From NCBI RefSeq assembly GCF_006345805.1, contig NC_042998.1:181722001-181786000 (forward strand): a stretch of DNA of 64,000 nt. Reading direction: 5' to 3'. Positions 38,233-49,340 of this stretch are shown piece by piece; position 1 is the stretch's first letter; each line of letters begins with the position of its first letter. The notes beneath the pieces are model-generated. The model was not told the origin of the DNA, made no database searches, and worked only from the letters and a program-made list of their open reading frames with translations. Made by a program: the position numbers and the translations under genes. This DNA comes from Octopus sinensis. Taxonomy: Eukaryota.

Positions 38233-39587
38233 TATATAATGAATATTAATGGTGTGGTTAGACTTTGGTTTGAGCTGATTTATTCACAAAGAATGTGTAG
38301 AAAATATGGAGGCAAGAGACAAAAATAATAAATTATGTTTAATAGATTTCTTTTATCTTCTTTGTACCACCAGAAGAATAGACTTGTACCATCCTTAGTG
38401 GTTTGATAACTCAGTGTAGTTCAACAGCATGTGCTCACTTACAAAAGTTAGAGATTACAGGTTTTAATATTAATTCATGTAGAGAAAACTTGCTATTTTC
38501 ATTTATGAAATGCATAAAAAAAGTTGACTTAAATATGTTGCAGAAGTAGTATTATAAATATGTTCTTCAAAGAAAGTTCTTTTGGGCCTAAATGCATTGT
38601 AAATAGAAAAGGTGATGAAATAAAAGAAGGAAAATCAATATATATGGTGTGTAGCTTTGTAGAATAGAGATATTGCAAATTGATGCCTTATTCAGCTGGA
38701 ACATGTCTCATTAAGACTAACTTTCCTTTCTGGCTGAATTATTGAGGGAAGAGAGACTACCTTCTGTTGCTGATGTCTGTAATGAAAGAGTGATAAAACT
38801 TCTAGTTCACTTCTGGTTGAACTCTCTACAAAGTGATGGTGAGCTTGAAATCACATTCTGCTAAGATAAAACAGCAGAGCACTTTGAGTGTGCTATGTTC
38901 ATATTGATCCAATAAACTGCTGAAAAATGTTGAATGACTAAAACTTCATTTGGTTGCATGAGAGTTGCAACAAATGGATTGATCATTTTCAGCCAATAGA
39001 CTGTTTCGTTAGTACATCATCAAGAGTGCTTTGCTTCTTTTAGATTTGCTAGAAATTGTATCATTTTATATTTTTCAAGTCAATTTGTAATTCACATGCC
39101 ATATTCTTGACAATACCAGATTAAGAATATTAGATCTTTTTCTTTTCTTTTTGTGTAGTGTAGTGTAATATTTGTAAAAACTGATTTTATTATCCACACT
39201 AGTTTACTTATACTTAAAAAAATGTATTTAACTAATAAATTAGGAAAAGTAAAGAGAATTTTATTTTTACTAATTACTGAAGTAAGTAGTAACTACATAT
39301 TGGAGATGTTTATTTAACTGTACTCTCATAGTTAAGATGTTAGCTATTTGTATAACTAGATCCTGTAGCTATGAGTCGGGAGAAAAGTGTTGCAGCAAGA
39401 TTCCTTTCAAAGTTAATGTCACTTAACTAGATTCAATATAGAGGATGTGGCTCTGTGGGAAGATTTTCAAGCTTTTCTTTTTTATTATGTTGTTTTTTTT
39501 TATAATCTAGTGTAAGAAATGAGGAAGGGAAATTCCATTCTAGACTGGGTGGGTAGGAACAGTTAGGTACATTCAATACAAACTTAA

Positions 39588-39808
39588 CCCTTTAGTGTTC
39601 ACATTATTCTTCTAAAATTAATGCTTCTTTATCCACATTGCCTTGAAGTAATCATGCATTATTTTGTAGCTATGAGATTTTGATGAGGTAGCTGTTAATT
39701 TTTAAAACAATATTGTAGGGCTGGTGTGAGAGACCAAATCTGGCCAATTTGAACATAAAACAGGCAGAATACTTTTAGCCGGATATGGCCGGTTTGAATG
39801 CTAAAGGG
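39588..39808. mobile_element. 221-bp piggyBac-like MITE with intact ends
   Basis: TTAA|CCCTTTAG...CTAAAGGG|TTAA perfect terminal inverted repeat and TTAA target site. Confidence 0.85.
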
Positions 39809-41078
39809 TTAATTCAGTTTGATTCAAATAAAAAGAACTTCAATCCACTCTGAAACAAATGGAGGCAACAGAATGCAGTGAAGACTTCATTTTGTCTTTC
39901 GGGGTACAAAATAATCTCACTAGAACAAATACTGCTGTAAAATTCTTTGTAAAGTGATTAGTATTGGGAAGGGCATCAAGCTGTAGAAACTATGCCAAAA
40001 TCAAACATAAAAACCCTACCATCCCACTCCCACTGAAATGTGTAGGAGGGCAGTAACAACAAACATAGAATTACTTGGTACATGACAACCTGGCCAAGTT
40101 GTGCCAGCTTGGAAAGCGGATATAAAAAAAGGATAACACAAGACTATCTGTAATTATTTGCAATTACTACCAACTTGACTTAGTTTTCTAAGCATGCCTG
40201 CCAGAACACCTTAGAGTGAAGGAGTGGCTGAAAGCAATAATAGGTAAATACAATGCTTGTTTTTAACTAAATAATTAAATACATTAATTAAGAATACTAA
40301 TAGAAAAATCTTCATTAATTATTAGCTTATCTTAATTGATCTGAGTCGTTTATTTCCATCCTTGCAATGGAGACAGGGAAACGTTAATGTGTTATGAACC
40401 ACTAACGAAAAACACCTGAATCTCCTGCACAATTCATAAATAGAAAAACGGAGTGAGAAAGGAGATATTCAGGTGATAAAGAGACTGGAGAGAGACTAAG
40501 TGTGAGTTTTGAGTTGTAGCAACAAAAACATAAAGAGAAAGGATTAACTTACTCATAAATGTATTCTTGATAAAGCTGAAATAAATCATTTGGTGAGTTT
40601 TATTTGCTGAAACAAGTGGTTTGTCAACTAATGGGGACACGACTCTATTTCTTTTGCAGTTAGCAGTTATTTCCCTTCGTTGCTTTGAATCGGTTTGTTT
40701 TAGTACTATGTTAGTTTCATTGTATCATGTTTTTGTTGAATCTTCTGTGAAAATTTTGTCCTTTGGGGAATTTTTGTTACATCAGGAGAGAAAACACCCC
40801 ACTATACAGGATTTTACATTCATATTAAATAAGAGATTTAAGTAGATTATTTTCTTTGAATGAAACAGATTCTGTTGAATGGTGAGTACTTTTTAAGCTT
40901 TTATATTTACTGCATGTGAGTGTCTAGCCAACCTGTCCACAGCAGTTGCAGAGTAGCTTCGTCTGAGGAGAGAGAACTTATACACTTGGTAGATGTTTCA
41001 ATTCTTCAAGTATAAACAGTGGCTGACTGCTAGGCCTCCATTTCAGATTTGAAACTAGCACCCTAAGTTTATTTTCAG

Positions 41079-41186
41079 GTTCAACCAGCAGTTTTACAGC
41101 CTCCAATGACGATCATGACTCCAATGATGGTGATATGTCAGATGATTCCTCTGATTATGAAATTGAAGATTATATATCTGATCCAG
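41079..41186 (+). CDS. CREBRF: CREBRF acidic exon (108 nt, phase 1 to 1)
   Basis: TTTATTTTCAG|GT acceptor and CCAG|GTAAGC donor. Encodes SSTSSFTASNDDHDSNDGDMSDDSSDYEIEDYISDP, matching the acidic tract before the conserved C-terminus in this family. Confidence 0.88.
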
Positions 41187-41264
41187 GTAAGCATATTTCA
41201 TCTTTTACATTCTATTCAAGTTACTATTATTTTTATTGACTTACGTATGATTATCAATATATAT

Positions 41265-41576
41265 GTGTCGGTGGCACATAAAAAACACCATCCAAGCGTG
41301 GCCGTCCGCCAGCCTCGTCTGGCACCTGTGTCGGTGGCACATAAAAAACACCATCCGAGCATGGCCGTTCGCCAGCCTCGTCTGGCACCTGTGTCGGTGG
41401 CACATAAAATCACCCACTACACTCTCGGAGTGGTTGGTGTTAGGAAGGGCATCCAGCTGTAGAAACACTGCCAGATCTGACTGGCCTGGTGCAGCCTTCG
41501 GGCTCCCCAGACCCCAGTTGAACCGTCCAATCCATGCTAGCATGGAGAACGGACGTTAAACGATGATGATGATGAT
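41265..41576 (+). mobile_element. RTE-tailed repeat with near-identical internal tandem units
   Basis: GTGTCGGTGGCACATAAAAAACACCATCC unit repeated, then the standard core and (GAT)n tail. Confidence 0.85.
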
Positions 41577-41619
41577 ATATATATATATTCATAAATCCAA
41601 AAGGGAAGCAGTAGAGTAA

Positions 41620-41792
41620 TTAGATAAAGACAGTTAAGGCCAGTCTATGGAGCTACCCCGGGTTTCACATCCATAAAGCACCTATCTTTACAGTGTTTCT
41701 TCAAACTCTAATCTGAAGAAACACTGAAGAAAGCTTTATGGACATGAAACCCAGGGTTACCCCATAGACTGGCCTTAACTATCTTTATCTAA
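41620..41792. repeat. 173-bp imperfect palindrome: 60-bp arms plus inner 13-bp stem
   Basis: Arms 41620-41679 and 41733-41792 are reverse complements with 7 mismatches. Inner CAGTGTTTCTTCA/TGAAGAAACACTG is perfect. Confidence 0.9.
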
Positions 41793-42746
41793 ATATATAT
41801 TTTTGTTTAGCGATAAATGAATTTTATTGAACAAAAACCTAAGCAGATGTGTCACCAAAACTCCAAGGAGAATATAAATATATTTAATTTTTATTCTATA
41901 ATTCATCAAATGATGATATCATTTTTAAGTTGAAAATAGTTTATGAGTAAATGGCTATAAATTGGAGCAGTTATTTGGTAATAGTGTTTGGTCCTAACCT
42001 TTTGCAAAAATGAAAAACTGATAAAAATCAATTTTCATTAGTGACTTTAGAAGTTTTCCCTATCAGTAAAATATGCAGGAAATCAACTGCTATAGCAAAT
42101 GGTATCAGTACATCAGAGACAACCAGAGAGAAATACAGAGCTACACCAATAGCTTGTACAGTATATGTTCAGGACTGACTTTGGAGAAAGATACAAGAGG
42201 ATCATCGCTATAGGTTTGAAAATGATTTGGGAAATAAATTGAAGCCTCAAGACCAATCATTTAACTTCTAAGTTATTGAGTCATGAAATTCAAACATTAT
42301 TGCAGAAGTATTATCATAGGGGCTATTGGGTCAAGGTTTTGTAACATATTGCAGGATTACTGCATTGTTGTAATCTATATTTCACTTTGTATTGTCAAAA
42401 AAGGGAGTGATTGTAGGCTTGCATATTGCTTGTGGAAAAATCGATAATATATGGTTGAATGTATAAGGTTGTTGTAGTTGTTTCTTGGAAAGCCCCAGTC
42501 ATTAGTTGAAGTAAAGCACAGATGTAAGTGATTGAAGAGTTGTCTGGCTTCTTGTACATCATGTCTATTCAGTCTTTATTGAGGTAGGTTTTACCCAAAG
42601 ACAAACAGACACACACACACACAAATACATATGCTTAAAGCAGGTGCCTCAGATGATTACAACTCAAAGCAATTTGCACTGTGCAATCTTTCTGGTTACA
42701 TCATGTGTGTGTAATATATATATATATACATGTATGTATGTATGCA

Positions 42747-43401
42747 AGGATGCCAAAACAACTCTTTTATGGAGAGTTAGCTAAAGGAGAACGACCTCCA
42801 CATAAACCAAAAAAGCGGTATAAAGACATGCTGAGGGCTTCCTTAAGAGATGCTTGCATTTCTCCTGACACATAGGAAGGCATAGCTATTGATCATAGCA
42901 GGTGGAGAAGGATTGTGCACGAGGGGACAGCCACTTTTGAGAAATCTCGAGTTGCACATGAGAAAATAAGGAGGGATGTCAGGAAGGGCATCGCTGTTAC
43001 ACTTCCAGATGGGGAAGGTCTTCTTATGATGCTGACATGCAGTGTCTGTGCAAGACCCTGCCTCAGTAAAGCTGGACTCAAGAGTCATCTTCGTAGTCAT
43101 AAAGCGAGACAGATGAATGACAACCTGGCCACTGGTGGTGGTGTAACACACCATACTAATCATATCTGTCAGGCATGTGGAAGAGAGTATAATTCGGCAG
43201 GAGGACTTAAACGACATGCAAAGGTACATGAAGCCCGGTTACAACTACAGCCGGCTATTACTAGTAAAGGTTTTAGTTGCCAATTCTGTACAAGACATTG
43301 GAGATCTTTGGCTGGGCTAAAAAGTCACATTCAATCACAGCACCAGTAACAGTTAAGCTCCGTGCAATGGCCATACTCGATAACGAGGGGGCAGCCATAA
43401 T
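42747..43401 (+). mobile_element. 5'-truncated RTE-like LINE 3' end encoding three C2H2 zinc fingers
   Basis: RMPKQLFYGEL...RYKDMLRASL...DT*EGIAIDHSRWRRIVHEG with a single in-frame TAG, then CSVC..H..H, CQAC..H..H and CQFC..H...H. A short 3' UTR runs into (CA)n. Confidence 0.85.
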
Positions 43402-43432
<31 letters not shown>

Positions 43433-44275
43433 AATTATGCTTCAAGAACTCAATACACTTATGATGCACTTTATTTCCAAAACACTGATGAAGCTATGCT
43501 ACACTATCACTCATTTCTGGGCGCAAAGTTCCCTATTGTGGAAACGGTTGTAACCCACTGAATGTGATTAACTTCTGTTCATTTGTTATTCATTTATTGA
43601 TATGCATCATCATCATTATCATTATTCCATGCTGGCTTGGATTGCATGGAACACGGATGTTAAATGATGATGATGATATTAATAAATGAATAAGAAAAGA
43701 TTAAGAATTAAGCGCACTCATTGGATTAAGAAAATGCTTGACAGTGACTTTGAAGTTTCAGCTTGCTGTCATCAGATTGATGACAGCCTTTTCTTTGTAA
43801 AAAAACGGTAAAGAATCTTTCAGTTTAATGTTAAATTGTTTTCATATATATTTGATAGTAAACACACACCTTCATATAGAGAGGAGTATAGCTGGATGCA
43901 CTCAGCACACAATGAAACCACATAGACTCTAATGTTAATCATGTTAAACATATCACTTTTTTAATTGTCTGACTATGATTTTGTTCCATGCTAACTCCAT
44001 AAGGTGCATCTAATGCTCACATCTATAGTACAACGTCATGTCTTGCCAAATACTGAAATATGTAAAAATTGGAATAAAGGAGTACCAAGTTATGCCAGTG
44101 TGTGTGTGTGTACTATATATATATATATGTCGAAGAGCGTAGGCTCGAAATGTAAAAGACTTTTTCTGTTTCTATTCCTGAGTACTATACTAATACGTTT
44201 GTTTGTACTCCACCGGCCTTCATCTTTTGTTTATTTTCGTAAACTTTCCCGTTATATATATATATTATATATACA

Positions 44276-44345
<70 letters not shown>

Positions 44346-44427
44346 GAGAGAGAGATGAAAATATTATATAACAACTCATTTGTTAATACAATTATACAAC
44401 ACACACACACACACATATATATATATA

Positions 44428-44589
44428 GGTGCAGGGGTGGCTGTATGGTAAGAAGGTTGCTTCCCAACCACATGGTTCCAGGTTCAGTCCCATTGCATGA
44501 CACCTTGAACAAGTGTCTTCTACTAATAGCCTCAGGCCAACCAAAGCCTTGTGAGTGTATTTGGTAGATGGAAACTGGAAGAATCCCGT

Positions 44590-44642
<53 letters not shown>

Positions 44643-44699
44643 GCAACACACACACACACACACACCACACACACACACACATATATATGTGTGTGTGTG

Positions 44700-44742
<43 letters not shown>

Positions 44743-44994
44743 GCACACGCACAACGGGACTCTTCCAGTTTCCATCTACCAAATATATATATATGCATGC
44801 ATCTGTGTTTGTCCCCCAACTATCACTTGACAACCAATGTTGTTGTGCTTACATCGCCATGACTTAGCAGTTCGGCAAAAGTCACTGATAGAATACATAC
44901 TTGGCTTACAAAGAATAAGTCCTGAGGTTGATTTGTTTGACTAAAGGCAGTGCTCCAGCATGGCCAAAGTCAAATGACTGAAACAAGTAAAAGA

Positions 44995-44995
<1 letters not shown>
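44428..44995 (+). mobile_element. tRNA-headed SINE, family 1, with an internal inverted duplication
   Basis: Head GGTGCAGGGGTGGCTGTATGG, core, and tail GCTCCAGCATGGCC...AAACAAGTAAAAGAG. The core is repeated in reverse at 44750-44783. Confidence 0.85.
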
Positions 44996-45042
<47 letters not shown>

Positions 45043-45116
45043 ATATGTTTTCACCCAAATTCTATTACTATATGTTATTTTTATGTTTTTTTAACATGTT
45101 GATGTCTTTATTCTAG

Positions 45117-45507
45117 AATCTGCTCATAGCCCCTCAAGTAAAGAAACACTATCATCCTCAGTCAAACGGAGAGAAAAACAATACTTTTGGCAATACAATG
45201 TCCAGTCCAAAGGACCAAAGGGACAGAAGATGCGACTGTTACCCGAGGAACAAGACCCACATGTTTTAAATACATTTGAAGATCCAGTGTTTGAGCTTGG
45301 CACTACATCTAAATTAGGTTTGCGACACAGCGGCAAGGCTCGCCGTGGAGATGGCAATGATATTTCTCCTAACCCAAGGAAACTTCATTTAATTGGACAG
45401 CAATTGAAAAAATTGAACCATGACATAAATGAGTTTGTACCAACAAGTGACCTGCCAGCCAGTGTTAGGAACAGGACAAGGAAAGAGAAAAACAAGCTTG
45501 CTTCAAG
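45117..45507 (+). CDS. CREBRF: CREBRF conserved exon up to the basic region (391 nt, phase 1 to 2)
   Basis: YFWQYNVQSKGPKG, DPHVLNTFEDPVF, HSGKARRGDGNDISPNPRKL and RKEKNKLASR are hallmark REPTOR/CREBRF motifs. Splice sites TTCTAG|AA and AAG|GTAATG. Confidence 0.97.
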
Positions 45508-45741
45508 GTAATGTCTTATGAAAAAAAAAATAGGGTGGTAGGGGTTTTCAGTAAGCTGTAGTTATGGGTTCTGTAATTTTGGGGGAAAAATCTTATAATC
45601 AATTCTGCATTAAAATAAGTTAGACAACCTATGTACTAAGATATGATATCCACCTGTATGAGACCTTAATGATTTATTATGTTCACACAAGTGCATACAA
45701 ACATTCTAACCGATATAGCTTTATTGTTTTTATGTCCACAG

Positions 45742-45815
45742 GGCTTGTCGCTTAAAAAAGAAAGCACAGCACGAAGCTAATAAAGTGAAATTGTTTGGCC
45801 TTGAACAGGAACACC
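45742..45815 (+). CDS. CREBRF: CREBRF bZIP basic-region exon (74 nt, phase 2 to 1)
   Basis: Encodes [24 protein letters not shown]. Splice sites CCACAG|G and CACC|GTAAGT. Confidence 0.97.
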
Positions 45816-46581
45816 GTAAGTCTTCTGTTTACTTTTGCATTTGTTTATTTTGTGGTTATAATGGTTTACATTACTTAAGAGTTCGGTGGCTAAGCAGAAT
45901 CAATAAAAAACGATACTTGAATCAAAATCACAGTTTCTTTTTATAGCTGTGTCTAATTTTTCTATGCATTGCTTATTTGATAAATGAGACACTTAATTCA
46001 ATATGCCTCTGTTTAACTGAAAACTATACTGAAGTACTAGTTAATTAACATCTCATTGCGTCTTTCATCTGCTTAAGTTGACAGAAACTAGTGATTCTTA
46101 GCACAAAACATGAATAAATAATTGATTCTTTCAACTATTGTGAAAGCAAAATAATATAACAAGCACCAGCTAATGGGTTACATGTTCTAATCCCATTGCA
46201 GATATTTTGTTTAGTATCTGGGAAAAAATACTTAATTCAATATTGTTTCATTTTATTGAGCTGAATAGAAAGTACTGGATATTTCAGATTTATCCGCAAA
46301 AAGTAGCAGCTTATCAAGTGTACTGATATTTTTACTCTGTCTATATAACTGGAATCACGCCAGATTTTTTTATTTCACGTTTTTGTAGTTTTTTTTTGTT
46401 TTTTTTTTTTGCATTGACTTTAGAAGTGGTTTAAAGTCTAAATCACCATGGATTTACTGGTACTGTATTATATCCTGGACAAGACATTAAACTCTCCCTT
46501 TCTCATTTATCTGGTGGCAGCAGGGTGAGAGAGAACAGATAAATAATGACTTGTAAAGGGGAATTGAACTAATTGGAAATT

Positions 46582-47120
46582 AGGCAAGTGAAATCGAAAT
46601 CAAAATCAAAGTGAAATTTGGTGACGGGCACAAGCACCATACGAGCGTGATCGTTGACAGAGCGGCTAACCGGCTACCATGCCAGTGGCACATAAAAGGC
46701 ACCCTTACTGGCACTTGTGCCCCGTGCTAGTAGAGTGCTAAGAGCACCATCCGAGCGTGATCGTTGCCAGAGCGGCTAACTGGCTTCCGTGCCGGTGGCA
46801 TGTAGGAGGCACCATTTGAGCAGGATTGTTACCAGCATCGCCTTACTGGCACCTGTGCCGTTGGCATGTGTAAAAAATTCGAGCAAGGTCGTTGCCAGTA
46901 CCGCCTGACTGGTCCCCGTGCCAGTGGCACGTAAAAGCACCCACTACACTCTCGGAGTGGTTGGCGTTAGGAAGGGCATCCAGCTGTAGAAACTCTGCCA
47001 GATCAAGACTGGAGCCTGGTGCAGCCATCTGGTTTGCCAGCCCAGTCAAACCGTCCAACCCATGCTAGCATGGAAAGCAGACGTTAAACGACGATGATGA
47101 TGATGATGATGATGATGATG
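46582..47120 (+). mobile_element. Long RTE-tailed repeat with about 5 internal units
   Basis: AGGCAAGTGAAATCGAAATC 5' module as in 6139-6710, tandem GTGGCAC..AAAAGGCACC units, core, and (GAT)n tail. Confidence 0.85.
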
Positions 47121-47335
47121 AATTGTTAATTTGTAGTGCTTAGAGTGTACACCTTCAGAGTTTAACATGAAATTTTTAATTTCAGCTCTTTGAACCAAAC
47201 AAATCGAGTTTCTTGTAAATCATATTTGATTGCAATAACTAATTATCCTTGTCTTGCAAGATGTTTCATGTTTCATCGATAAATTTTAGATTGTTTTTCA
47301 TATGGGAGTTTACCATTTGCCATTCATTTATCTAG

Positions 47336-47482
47336 GTCAGTTGATGACTGTAATTGAACATATCAAGCAAAAGATGTTGGCTGCTCTTCTATCTAAGAAA
47401 ACAATAAAATGTGAAGAGAAAGGACAAAGAACAAGTGATGAACAATCCAAATATTTGAATGAACTCATCAAAAGACATTTAA
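47336..47482 (+). CDS. CREBRF: CREBRF leucine-zipper exon (147 nt, phase 1 to 1)
   Basis: Encodes RQLMTVIEHIKQKMLAALLSKKTIKCEEKGQRTSDEQSKYLNELIKRHL. Splice sites TCTAG|GT and TTAA|GTAAGT. Confidence 0.92.
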
Positions 47483-47769
47483 GTAAGTAAGGGAAGGAAT
47501 TTTGATTGAGACCTTTATACTGTTTTCCATTATCATTACTTTGGTAAGGGTGATTAGAACATTCAGTTTCATACCAGATAATAACAAGTTTGTAGTCAAC
47601 AAGACCTCAGATTCAAAACACTTAGACATTTGAATCTGACATTTGTAGTTTGTTTGGGTTTTTTTTTTTTTGTGGGTGGGAGTTTCGTGTTTGTGTAGCA
47701 CTCCTAGTGCTACATGCTAGTGAATAATCACTAAGTTATTGAACTAGCCTCAAAATAGATGTTGATTAA

Positions 47770-48219
47770 TTCTTTAGCATTTAAACCAGCCATATCTAGC
47801 CCGAATATTCTTTTCTACTCTAGGCATAAGGCCTGAAGTTTTTAGAGATGGGGCTAGTCAATTAGATCAACCGCAGTATGTAACTGGTACTTAATTTATT
47901 GACCCCCGAAAGGATGAAAGGCAAAGTTGACATCAGCGGAATTTGAACTCAGAATGTAAAGGCAGATCAAATACTGCTAAGCATTTCGCCCGGCATGCTA
48001 ATGTTTCTGCTGGCTTGCTACCTTCTAGCCCAAATATCCTAGCTGTTTTATGGTTCAAACTGGTCAGATCTGGCCTCTCCTACCTACCCTACAACGTCAG
48101 TCTAAAAATTATATAGTCACATCATCAAAATCTCAAAGCCATGAAAAAATGCAAGATTAATTTGAAACAATGTCAATAAATAAGCTTTACATTTGACAAG
48201 TAATCTGAATGCTGAAAGA
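47770..48219. mobile_element. TTAA-type MITE interrupted by a SINE
   Basis: TTAA|TTCTTTAGC...GCTGAAAGA|TTAA; the two halves are homologous to the 39588 family. Confidence 0.75.
47811..48024 (-). mobile_element. SINE family 2 inserted in the MITE, with a 15-bp target-site duplication
   Basis: Reverse complement of the 30713 SINE, flanked by CTAGCCCGAATATTC (47796-47810) and CTAGCCCAAATATCC (48025-48039). Confidence 0.85.
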
Positions 48220-49188
48220 TTAAAGAGATACTATGGTTAAAATTGCAAGTACATTAAACACATTGTGTCTCTTTGAATCAGAAATACCCAATTTTGTGGG
48301 GTGTTTTGTTTTTATTTTAATTTTTATGATCTCCACTTCACCAACTACAAGAAAAATTATTCTTTTTTTTAATTCCTAAAAGAAAATTTAGTTTCATAAG
48401 ATACATTTTCTTGTTTTTATAATCCTCAAAAAATTTGTTTCTTGTCATTTACTGCCATGCTGTGTCCAAAGATTCCTATTTATCTATGGGGTCACATAAT
48501 TTGCAGTTGTTAGCAGTAGAAAACAGTATACTTTAATGAACATTTTTACCTTTCACTGCTTAGTTAAAAATTCTCTCCTAATTATTGCATGAAGGCAGAT
48601 AGATTCTGCCAAGCTGACTTGTTAAAATTTTGCTTCATAAAATCAAGCTTTCAGTTGAGCTTCACCTCTTATAAATAAACCACTAACTAATCTCTGAGGA
48701 ATGGGCCTCTTTTTTTAAACAATCAAACTCAATTAGTCTTCTTCTTTTTTTTTTCTTTTTTTTGATTTGTCTGTGCATTTCTCAAAGCTACAATGAGAAC
48801 AGCAGAAATCTTTACACACCATTCTCAATGTTCATCATTTCACTAAAGATGACAGGGTACTTTAACAAGCAGAATACATATACATATGTTTTCCTAAAGC
48901 AGTGATATATAACAAGAGGGTCATGAAACCTTGGTGTGTAAAAAAGTTATTTGAGGATTTCCACAAAAGTTTTTACTGACATCCCCAATATATAAATTTC
49001 AAAAGACAATCCTACCATAAATATTTTTAAATTTACATAAAGCCTGTAAGGTTACAGTATTTCGAAATAGATTGAAAATTAGAAGCCTGGAATCTTCACA
49101 GCATTTAACTGAATCAGAATTTATGCATCTTATCCATCCACTTTCTTTATCTTTTATGTTTTCACATGAATTCTGTTTCTGCTTGCAG

Positions 49189-49340
49189 CGACTGTAATTG
49201 CTGGACAGACTGCTGATTATGTAAACAATGTATTGAGTAAAGTGAAAGCTGGTGACATCTCTGGTGGCCTGCCACTGTCTAAAATAAAATCCAGCAGTCT
49301 AACAGTTACTAGTTCCGACGACGAATTCAGCAATGACTGA
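49189..49340 (+). CDS. CREBRF: CREBRF terminal coding exon
   Basis: GCTTGCAG|CG acceptor. Encodes TVIAGQTADYVNNVLSKVKAGDISGGLPL...SND*, matching the family's C-terminal AGQT..FVN.VL...G...GGL motif. TGA at 49338-40. Confidence 0.95.

Noticed and set aside
44004-44867. Long overlapping ORFs up to 187 aa, and similar YI/CV/TH-repeat ORFs at 25800-26100, 29500-29930, 49750-50160, 51740-52210 and 61585-61890
   Set aside because: Artefacts of stop-free dinucleotide microsatellites.
46620-46940. Regularly spaced GTGGCAC..AAAAGCACC units that look like a CRISPR array (also 6320-6590, 41265-41410)
   Set aside because: The intervening sequences are homologous to each other rather than unique spacers, there are no cas genes, and the context is eukaryotic.
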